DNA of 64,000 bases from Spirochaetia bacterium (GTDB lineage: Bacteria > Spirochaetota > Spirochaetia > DSM-2461), in contig OY764216.1 of NCBI GenBank assembly GCA_963668315.1, forward strand, positions 1,280,001 through 1,344,000, given 5' to 3'. The stretch's first letter is position 1; each line of letters opens with the position of its first letter. This document shows, one piece after another, positions 57,701 to 64,000 of this stretch. Both the position numbers and the translations under genes were made by a program. The notes under the pieces were generated by a model. The model was not told the DNA's origin. It ran no database searches and saw nothing but the letters and a program-made list of their open reading frames with translations.

Positions 57701-57842
57701 GGATTGAGATGTAGGGCACTTTCGTATCGGGCATGAGGTTCAGGGGAATCTGAACGTAAGCCAGCACCCCGAAAAGGAACAGGGCGATCATGACCATGAT
57801 GATCATAACCGGTTTTTTTATGGATAAATCTGCTAATAACAT
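54744..57842 (-). CDS. AcrB/AcrD/AcrF-family RND transporter (atypical TM4/TM10/TM11)
   Basis: 1032 aa with RND topology; VVLENI, SFTLTPML, PILMS and GMLPMALG motifs. Confidence 0.93.
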   Translation of the reverse strand: MLLADLSIKKPVMIIMVMIALFLFGVLAYVQIPLNLMPDTKVPYISIQTIYGGATPDQIESQITTKIEDEISSIGGLESIMSYSMDSVSLITLEFALDKDADTASQEVKEKVDAILNDLPDDADTPVISKMDLTATAVMTLVLQGNRDPAELYGIANTTVKDKLSRIPGIGNVDIEGGQDEEIRIIFNDDRVYEYHLNLLQIGGILDGENHSLPGGSFKNENQEYSVNFKGEFRNMEEIANQEIPTNYGYYKLNQLASVEMSPADGKKRITYYSGDESLGDANCVLLSIVKSSDGNSVEIAKELKKELASINKALPHGSELSIVSDDSVLVEDTVKDTQSSILLGILFTSLVLLFFLHDIRSTIIAALSMPLSIIPTFIILNLLGISMNEMSLMGISTSVGVLVMNSVVVLENIFRHKSLGNSPAKAASIGAKEVAVAVFASTLTNVCVFLPLGTMGGIAGMYLKDFALTVVISTVFSLLVSFTLTPMLASRLLPENIGKKNGFALKIEAFFQCLERGYKSILTAILKNKKRSALLVGLTFVLFIVSLAGFTRVPIEFTPVSDSGKILVEAELPQDASLDQTAEKITEIEDILKTFDDVDRFVTTLGALSALDSGTNLAKIQIVLKGKATRTKTTQEITEEMDRSLKGITNARIRVKVAGDKEIDSSSVSFYLQAEDSETLKKYVPLYLERLEALPELRSAETSLKAGKPEINIYPDREKLREFGVNVQTLSTYIRASVDGLVMTELKSGDKAYDVRIMLDRSDVSSYEDIENIPITLSSGVYPLSFFADIEIENGVSKLLRTDKLPTAEIIGSLRAGVAQSEVTTQITALHNELNGGEVTLKWSSVSDLMNESTASMGIAFIMAILLTYMLLAAVLGKFGQPLLILSTVPLSLIGVVSIFLITGFAMNIISMLAIIMLVGMVVNNAILILEYTNQLQEGGMAVKEALLTACPTKLQPILMSNIATILGMLPMALGLGDTGVEMRQPMGLVSTGGLIAATFLSLFLIPALEYMLGRKKKPSVSADLVLKKDA

Positions 57843-57855
57843 CTTAATTCCTCCT

Positions 57856-58890
57856 TCAGCCGTTTATGATGACGACTTTCGAATGATCATCCAGCAGCAT
57901 CAGACCTTCTGTGACGAGGGTATCCTCTTCTGTCAGGCCCGATTCCACTTCATAGTAAAATCCCTGGTGGAGGCCGAGGGTAATGTCTCTTTTCTCGGCG
58001 TAATCTTTTTTGACCACGTAGGTATAGCTTCCGGAAGTATCGGTGATGAACTCATCCTTATGCAGGACAATGGCGTTGCCATGTTCAAGGGTCCTGATCC
58101 TGATGGACGCCGTGACGCCGCTGGGAATGATGAACAGGGAATTGTCGAATAGAAGCTGAGCCGTAAAAGCCTTGCTTCTGGCGTCCTTGGAGAGGTTCAC
58201 GCGGATGACTTCCCCCGTGATACTGTACCCTTCCCAGTGCGCCTCTGCGGTCTGGCCGTCCTTCAAAGCGGCTATGCTGCTGTCGGGGATCGATATGGAC
58301 GCGGTCATGGTCTGGTAATCGGAGACGGTGAAAAGGGTATCCCCCGGGGACACGCTGTCCTGCCTGTCCACTGAGAGCTGAGTGATATATCCCGATACGG
58401 GAGCCTTCACTTCTATCATGTCGGAAACGGCGTTCCAGTTCGCCAGCTGTACTTCGTACTGGGTCTTTGCCTGATCGAAATCCTGACGGGCAATCCCGTT
58501 GCTGGCGAAGAGGTTTTTCATGCGATTATAAGTCTTTTCCGCCGCTTCATAGGAGGCGAGGCTCTGGTAATACTGAGCCGATGAGGTGTCCTTGGGGAAG
58601 GAGAGGATTACCTCGTCTTTCTCCACATAATCGCCTACATTGAAGTAGATGTCTTCAATCATTCCGCTGAGGGAGGACGTCTTCGTCGCTTCATTCGCCC
58701 CGTGCAGGACGGCGGTATAGTTCTGAAACTGGGTAAAGGTCTCATCCTTTATATTTTTTACTTTTACGGGAATCGCTTCCTCCTGAGTCACGGTAAGCTG
58801 TGAAGACTCCTGTGAGTCATTTCCCCTGTCAGAACAGGAAGTGGTGATAATCACGGTGAGGGAAATCAGCATAAACAGCATTTTCTTCAT
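57856..58890 (-). CDS. RND periplasmic adaptor (membrane fusion) lipoprotein
   Basis: Lipobox-like TTSC; 'GDYVEKD', 'VKAPVSG' and 'VESGL..EDTLVTEG' motifs. Confidence 0.9.
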   Translation of the reverse strand: MKKMLFMLISLTVIITTSCSDRGNDSQESSQLTVTQEEAIPVKVKNIKDETFTQFQNYTAVLHGANEATKTSSLSGMIEDIYFNVGDYVEKDEVILSFPKDTSSAQYYQSLASYEAAEKTYNRMKNLFASNGIARQDFDQAKTQYEVQLANWNAVSDMIEVKAPVSGYITQLSVDRQDSVSPGDTLFTVSDYQTMTASISIPDSSIAALKDGQTAEAHWEGYSITGEVIRVNLSKDARSKAFTAQLLFDNSLFIIPSGVTASIRIRTLEHGNAIVLHKDEFITDTSGSYTYVVKKDYAEKRDITLGLHQGFYYEVESGLTEEDTLVTEGLMLLDDHSKVVIING

Positions 58891-59001
58891 TATTTTGTTC
58901 TCCTTTGCACAAGCCGTCCGGGACGGTCGGGCATAAATCTCTTTTTCAGGGCCGGACCGTTCCGGCCGTTTGCTTTATGTGAGGTAATATCAGGCTTGTA
59001 G

Positions 59002-59019
59002 GTAACGGCAAGGTAAACT
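59002..59019 (-). promoter_or_regulatory. OmpR-type direct-repeat box upstream of the efflux operon
   Basis: GTAACGGCAAGGTAAACT; GTAA half-sites 11 bp apart. Confidence 0.7.
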
Positions 59020-59091
59020 TTGCGGAGAATTTTCAAAAAATATCTTTTTCAAGGAGAGACCGGCCCGTTACCTTCATAGAGCGTTGTCATA

Positions 59092-59120
59092 TTGACAATA
59101 AAGTAGCTCAGGCTTATCTT
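59092..59120 (+). promoter_or_regulatory. Sigma70 promoter of HAD/EEP operon
   Basis: TTGACA, 17 bp spacer, TATCTT. Confidence 0.7.
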
Positions 59121-59185
59121 TTATCTGCTGCTTCGTCTGTTCGAGTAACTATGGGGCTGAATGATTTCGCTTTACTGGAGTTCTG

Positions 59186-60010
59186 ATGATTAAATTATGC
59201 GCCTTTGATATGGACGGGACCCTCTTGAATAATGAAGAAGTAGTTTCTGAGGAAAATAAAAAAGCTCTTCTTGAATTAGAAAAAGAAGGCGTTGGGGTTG
59301 TTCTGGCGACGGGGCGGCCCGAGCTTTTTGTAAGGAGTTATATCAAAGAACTGGATATAAAGCTTCCGGTAATTTCCTGTAACGGAGCTATTGTCCGCAA
59401 CATGGGTACAGGAGAGTTGCTCCATACGGTCCCTATGGATAAGAATGCCTGCCTGGCTATTACGGAAATCTGTTCAGAGTACCATCTGGCATTTCAGATG
59501 TTCGGTATAGATTCGATGTTCTTGCAGTCAGGCGATCCCGTACTTCAGCGCATCAATAAATTCAACAGGGAATATGACGATGAGGATCAGATATCCTTCG
59601 TCCTTTTAGAGAACCCCCGGAAAATCCTTGAAAACGGGGACGCCATATACCGGATTAAGGTCGATATTGATGACTGCAGTATAAAAGACAAAATAGAGTA
59701 TGAAGTTAATCAAATCAATGGAATCTCCGCCTGCTTTTCCGATTCAAATTTGCTTGAATGCATCCATGAAAGCGTGAGTAAGGGAAATGCGTTAAAGCTG
59801 GTTTCCGAAAGTCTGGGGATACGCCGGGAGCAGGTGGCCGCTTTCGGTGACAGCTATAATGATTTGAGTATGTTCGATTTTGCCGGAATATCCGTAGCTA
59901 TGGGAAATGCAGAAGACAGAGTTAAGTCAAATGCCCAATTCGTGACCAGAACAAACAGTGAATCCGGGGTAGCCTATGGAATCAGAGCCTATATTCTGGG
60001 GAGTATTTGA
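59186..60010 (+). CDS. Cof-type HAD-IIB phosphatase
   Basis: FDMDGTLL, LATGR, NGA, SKG and AFGDSYNDLSM motifs. Confidence 0.94.
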   Translation: MIKLCAFDMDGTLLNNEEVVSEENKKALLELEKEGVGVVLATGRPELFVRSYIKELDIKLPVISCNGAIVRNMGTGELLHTVPMDKNACLAITEICSEYHLAFQMFGIDSMFLQSGDPVLQRINKFNREYDDEDQISFVLLENPRKILENGDAIYRIKVDIDDCSIKDKIEYEVNQINGISACFSDSNLLECIHESVSKGNALKLVSESLGIRREQVAAFGDSYNDLSMFDFAGISVAMGNAEDRVKSNAQFVTRTNSESGVAYGIRAYILGSI

Positions 60011-60810
60011 TGAAGAAACTGAAAGTACTGACTTTGAACATAAGAAGGGACGAGAAGGATGACGGAATAAACAATTGGGAATTCCGGACAGGGATCGTGG
60101 AAGAAATCCTGAAGAGACACCAGCCGGATATCGCCGTATTCCAGGAAGTCTATCATAATCAGCTTTTGGATCTGGCGAAGATGCTGTCCCATTACCAGTA
60201 TGTAGGTGTAGGAAGGGAAAACGGGAAGCAAGGGGGAGAATATGCTCCCGTTTTTTACAAAAACTTGGAAATGGCTGATAGCGGGAATTTCTGGCTGAGT
60301 GATACTCCTAATATCCCGAGTAATACATGGCCAGGGCTGAAAAGGATTTGTACCTGGGCCACTTTTTCCGGGGAAAACCCTTTTGTCATTATGAATACCC
60401 ATCTTGATAATGGGTACAGTGATACCCGGCTGAAAAGTGCCGGGCTCATCAAAGAGCGCATAGGACAATTCAATTCCAAAATTCCTGTTATCCTGACGGG
60501 GGATTTCAATTGTACCCCTGATTCGGATGCCTACAGAGCTTTTAGCGGATATATGACCGATACATTTCCCCTCAACCGGGAAATTATGAATGGCAGAATA
60601 CCTGATGTCTATCCCACGACTTTTCATGATTTCAAAGGGAATGATTTTTCCTTATCCATACCCGGACCAATCGATTATATTTTGTACAGGGGAGAAGGGA
60701 TCAGGGCGGAATCCAGAATCTTATCCGATAATCCAGCCAAAGTTCCGGGTGTTTATCCTTCTGATCACTGGCCTGTCCTTTGCGAATTCACTTTTTCGAA
60801 CCGCTGCTAG
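60010..60810 (+). CDS. Endonuclease/exonuclease/phosphatase (EEP) family protein
   Basis: TLNIR, FQE, FWLSDTP, NTHLD, GDFN, IDYI and SDHWP motifs. Confidence 0.92.
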   Translation: MKKLKVLTLNIRRDEKDDGINNWEFRTGIVEEILKRHQPDIAVFQEVYHNQLLDLAKMLSHYQYVGVGRENGKQGGEYAPVFYKNLEMADSGNFWLSDTPNIPSNTWPGLKRICTWATFSGENPFVIMNTHLDNGYSDTRLKSAGLIKERIGQFNSKIPVILTGDFNCTPDSDAYRAFSGYMTDTFPLNREIMNGRIPDVYPTTFHDFKGNDFSLSIPGPIDYILYRGEGIRAESRILSDNPAKVPGVYPSDHWPVLCEFTFSNRC

Positions 60811-60949
60811 GTTAGCTAGGTTAGCTAGGTTAGCTAGGTTAGCTAGGTTAGCTAGGTTAGCTAGGTTAGCTAGGTTAGCTAGGTTAGCTAGGTTAGCTAG
60901 GTTAGCTAGGGTAGCTAGGTTAGCTAGGGTAGCTAGGGTAGCTAGGGTA
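60806..60949. repeat. Tandem repeat, 16 x 9 bp (12 x GCTAGGTTA, 4 x GCTAGGGTA)
   Basis: Counted directly: units start at 60806 and step by 9 to 60941; variants are units 12, 14, 15 and 16. Confidence 0.98.
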
Positions 60950-62030
60950 TAATCAATTCATCTTCGAAGACAATCTGACTTTTATAACTCTGGGGATTGA
61001 GTATCTTTTCCAGGAGCAATTCTGCGGCTTTGCGGCCTAATTCAATACTGGGCTGTCTGGTGTGCAGAATATTTCTTGTCTCTTCCGAATTGTTAGAGCT
61101 GGATTCATCGTTAACCGCAAAAGTTATATTCTTTCCGTATCTTTCTCTTTCCGAGTTTATTATCTGATAGGCCACATCCAGTAAGCGGTTGTTCAGACCG
61201 TAAACGGCAGTAAACTCTCCAGCATTTTCAATTTGTTTTTTAATCGTTCCATACTCTTTGCTTTCGCTGTCAAAGGGCCACTTGTTATCATCAACCAGTA
61301 TTGCCAGATTGGAGTTAAAGACAAGACCATGCTTTAAGTAGATATCCTTTACGCCTGAAAATCTATCCTCCATACTTGTACAGTTATCACTGTAAACGAC
61401 TAATGTTTTTTTATGGCCCCGGGATATAAGCTCTTCTGTTATTAACTGGCTGCTTCTTCTGTGATCAGACATGACCAGATTGGAGGACAGTTCAGGTATA
61501 TTTCTGTCTATCAGAACATAGGGGATATTATTTCCGATAACGGGATCCAGAATCTTGAGATTTCGTGTTACATATTTCTCTCCTATGACAGGAGCGAAAA
61601 TGATACCGGAAACATCATTTTTAAGTAGTGAGGTAAAGTATTTCTGAACTTTCTCAAAGTTTCTGTCGCTGCTGCAGATAATGGAATAATAACCTGCTTC
61701 TTCCAGGGTGTCCTCTATACCCCTTAATATCTGAGAACCGAAATGATGACTTACATCGTCAATCGCTATGCCTATCAGATTCGGTTTGTCCTTATTCTGT
61801 TTGTTTTCTGTTACAAATGTTCCCTTTTTTCCTGGGATCCGTTCCAGGTAACCTTCATCTATAAGGACGCTTATGGCTTTTTTTACGGTGATGAGGCTGA
61901 CATCGTTCTGTTCGGCTATATCCTTTTCCGTAGGGATTAGTGATCCCTCCTGAAATATCTCTTTCGTTATATTCTTTCTTAATAAGTCGGCAATGGCAGA
62001 GTATTTCGGTATTTGTACAGGCTTTTTCAT
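60942..62030 (-). CDS. GntR-HTH / LacI-type effector-domain regulator (AraR-like)
   Basis: IPTEKDIA..VSLITVKKA..GTFV HTH plus a sugar-binding fold (IPYVLIDR, QPSIELGRKAA). Confidence 0.9.
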   Translation of the reverse strand: MKKPVQIPKYSAIADLLRKNITKEIFQEGSLIPTEKDIAEQNDVSLITVKKAISVLIDEGYLERIPGKKGTFVTENKQNKDKPNLIGIAIDDVSHHFGSQILRGIEDTLEEAGYYSIICSSDRNFEKVQKYFTSLLKNDVSGIIFAPVIGEKYVTRNLKILDPVIGNNIPYVLIDRNIPELSSNLVMSDHRRSSQLITEELISRGHKKTLVVYSDNCTSMEDRFSGVKDIYLKHGLVFNSNLAILVDDNKWPFDSESKEYGTIKKQIENAGEFTAVYGLNNRLLDVAYQIINSERERYGKNITFAVNDESSSNNSEETRNILHTRQPSIELGRKAAELLLEKILNPQSYKSQIVFEDELIIP

Positions 62031-62108
62031 ATAAGTCTCTTTAATATACATCATATCCTATTCTTCTATGATCTTTCAATACAATGTATTCTAAAAGTGT
62101 AAATAATA

Positions 62109-62138
62109 TTGACATAATAAATAAAACATCACTATTAT
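62109..62138 (+). promoter_or_regulatory. Sigma70-like promoter of metallophosphoesterase gene
   Basis: TTGACA, 18 bp spacer, TATTAT. Confidence 0.6.
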
Positions 62139-62187
62139 TCCGAGATCGAATGCACGGATTTCGTACATAAAAGAGAGGTACACTTTT

Positions 62188-63126
62188 TTGGAATTACGGT
62201 TCAATAAAGACAAGAACTTTAAAATAGTACAGTTTACAGATGTTCACTGGACGGACGGAAATGAATCAAACCAGAGAACAAGGAAGCTTATGGAGAGTAT
62301 CCTGAAAGAGGAGAAGCCCGATTTAGTCGTTTTTACGGGAGATACAATCTTCGGACCGGAAGTTCCAGTTCCGGGGGAGGCTCTTGCCGAAGCCCTGTCT
62401 CCTCTCGGAGAGACTCCATTTCTATATGTTTTCGGTAATCATGATACGGAAGGAGGCGGTCCGAAGGAGGATATCGAATCATTTCTTACTGGCTGGAAGG
62501 GCTCCCTTTTTACTCCGGGGCCTGCTGAGTTGTACGGCTCGGGGAACTATAAGGTCGAAATTCTGGGAGAGGATGATAAGCCTGACTGGGTTCTTTATTG
62601 TCTGGACTCAGGTATGATGAACGATAACATGCTGTGTGAAGGGTATGACTATATCAAGAGAGAGCAGATCGACTGGTATAAGAAGCAATCCCTTTACTAC
62701 CATAATAATTTCCCATCTCATAAAGGAATGGCTTTTTTTCATATTCCCTTGATGGAGTACCACGATGTGTGGGAATCCGGCGTCTGTGTGGGAGAGAAGA
62801 ATGAGACTATCTGCTCCGGCAAGCAGAATTCCGGATTTTTCTCTGCAGCCATGGAAGAGGGTAATATGAAGGGAATCTTTGTTGGACATGATCATATCAA
62901 CGATTTCGATGGTCTCCTTTTCGGGATCCGTCTGGTTTATGGAAGAGGTACCGGCCATAATACTTATGGGAAAGATGGATTTCCCCGGGGAGCACGAGTC
63001 ATCGAGCTTACCGAAGGGTGCGGGGACTTTAAAACATGGCTCAGGCTGGAGTCGGGTATTGATAAGTCCTCCGGAGATGTGATGACCGTCATCCGTGATC
63101 AGAGGCAAACAGGGGAAGAGGCTTAA
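62188..63126 (+). CDS. Calcineurin-like metallophosphoesterase (Dcr2-like)
   Basis: FTDVH, TGD, GNHD, FFHIP and GHDHIND motifs; TTG start after GAGG. Confidence 0.92.
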   Translation: MELRFNKDKNFKIVQFTDVHWTDGNESNQRTRKLMESILKEEKPDLVVFTGDTIFGPEVPVPGEALAEALSPLGETPFLYVFGNHDTEGGGPKEDIESFLTGWKGSLFTPGPAELYGSGNYKVEILGEDDKPDWVLYCLDSGMMNDNMLCEGYDYIKREQIDWYKKQSLYYHNNFPSHKGMAFFHIPLMEYHDVWESGVCVGEKNETICSGKQNSGFFSAAMEEGNMKGIFVGHDHINDFDGLLFGIRLVYGRGTGHNTYGKDGFPRGARVIELTEGCGDFKTWLRLESGIDKSSGDVMTVIRDQRQTGEEA

Positions 63127-63146
63127 TTCCGATTGGCCGTGGAACT

Positions 63147-63172
63147 GCCGACCCTGTCATGAGAGGGTCGGC
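63147..63172. terminator. Hairpin between convergent genes
   Basis: GCCGACCCT-N8-AGGGTCGGC. Confidence 0.6.
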
Positions 63173-63182
63173 GGGAAATAAT

Positions 63183-64000
63183 CTATTTCAGTTTGAATGT
63201 CCTTATCTCAAAGGGAGAGAAGGATAGATTCAGCTTATTTTCCGTGATATCCAATTCACCTATCTCCTGCCATTCCATGAGATCCGTTTCGATTGCTTGT
63301 ATACCCGGCTCATGGAAAATCAGATTGACTGTACTGCTTCTTCCCAACGTTTCCACAAGACGGATGATTCTGCAATCCTCTTTCTCGGCTTTCTTGAGGA
63401 CTTCAAGCGATACTCCCTTGCCCTCCAGGGTGCAGGGGCTTAGAGGTTTTCCGCATGTATAGCCTTCAAAAACCAGTGGTCTGTTGTTCAGTAAAGCGGC
63501 TTCGTTTATCACTTCTGAATCGATAAGGCTGCCCTTATGGGGGAGAAAGCTGTATGTGAAGCTGTGACTGTGAAAATCCGCGTCGGGATCCGGATAGGTC
63601 GGAGAACGGAGAAGGTTGAGGTCCAGGACATTATCGTAGACTTTATGACCGTATTTGCAGTTATTGAGGAGTGCCGCCCCGCAGTTATTGTCGGAAATAT
63701 CCACATATCTCTGGGCGGCTACTTCAAACTTTGCCATATCCCAGCTCGTATTGCGATGGGTCGGCCTGGGTACATAACCGTACTGTATATCACAGTTGGC
63801 CTCATCGGAATTGATGGCCAGAGGGAAGGATGTTCGGAGCATTTTGTGACGCTCTTTCCAGTCGATATTAATTTCGATATCAATTCTTTTACTGTCGGAC
63901 GGGAGGGACATTCTCTGTGTCAGGACGGAATCTCCGATGGTGAGTTTATAGGAAAGTTCCTGCCTTATCTCTCCCGATTCCCGCATTGAGACGGATATGG
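63183..64000 (-). CDS. Alpha-mannosidase GH38, C-terminal part (5'-partial)
   Basis: RPTHRNTSWDMAKFEV, NNCKYG, LLRSP..PD and KKAE...PFEIRT motifs; frame open to the window end. Confidence 0.9.
   Translation of the reverse strand, partial: ISVSMRESGEIRQELSYKLTIGDSVLTQRMSLPSDSKRIDIEINIDWKERHKMLRTSFPLAINSDEANCDIQYGYVPRPTHRNTSWDMAKFEVAAQRYVDISDNNCGAALLNNCKYGHKVYDNVLDLNLLRSPTYPDPDADFHSHSFTYSFLPHKGSLIDSEVINEAALLNNRPLVFEGYTCGKPLSPCTLEGKGVSLEVLKKAEKEDCRIIRLVETLGRSSTVNLIFHEPGIQAIETDLMEWQEIGELDITENKLNLSFSPFEIRTFKLK

Noticed and set aside
60806..60949. CRISPR array or telomere-like repeat
   Set aside because: There are no spacers, the unit is only 9 bp, no cas or reverse transcriptase genes are present, and the site is internal.
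60590..60952. ORF encoding (ARL)n repeats
   Set aside because: It is the one open + strand frame through the tandem repeat, overlaps the EEP gene out of frame, and has no RBS.
1..64000. Mobile elements, defence systems, tRNA or rRNA genes
   Set aside because: No transposase, integrase, phage, toxin-antitoxin, restriction-modification or structural RNA signatures were recognised.

Overview
A gene-dense 64 kb bacterial chromosomal window, probably from an anaerobic diderm. TolC is present, and the binding-protein N-terminus 'VNANGQNE' resembles free-living Spirochaetaceae; this assignment is inference only. I found no rRNA, tRNA, CRISPR array, phage or IS. Contents in order: (1) a partial GH3 beta-glucosidase overlapping a convergent glutathione peroxidase, then a 5'-truncated GGDEF gene; (2) citrate lyase citCDEFGX, a beta-propeller/Y_Y_Y HisKA_3 sensor kinase with a NarL-type regulator, and tctCBA; (3) a GntR-associated catabolic cluster (divergent creatininase-fold protein, Dpp/Opp ABC transporter, Nit-type amidase, RraA-like protein), then MFS, peroxiredoxin-like, MalY/PatB and M19 dipeptidase genes; (4) gcvH-PA-PB-T plus a nitrilase; (5) an orphan Cache kinase; (6) an acidic-glycan utilisation locus (ABC permeases and binding protein, YiaK, two TIM-barrel isomerases, an atypical PreA-like flavin/Fe-S protein, a heparinase II/III lyase, two Gfo/Idh/MocA enzymes, a membrane AraC regulator, a cupin); (7) an RND/TolC module with an OmpR-type pair and a degenerate SDR; (8) three phosphoesterases, a 16 x 9-bp tandem repeat, a GntR/LacI regulator and a partial GH38 mannosidase. 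Most notable: a non-canonical citrate regulon with a conserved tripartite operator in two promoters; an RND transporter lacking the proton-relay residues and sharing an 18-bp box with a pseudo-SDR; a PreA-like enzyme with a rewired active site in the glycan locus; and a tandem repeat supplying both convergent stop codons. All product calls come from motif recognition by eye; no database searches were run.
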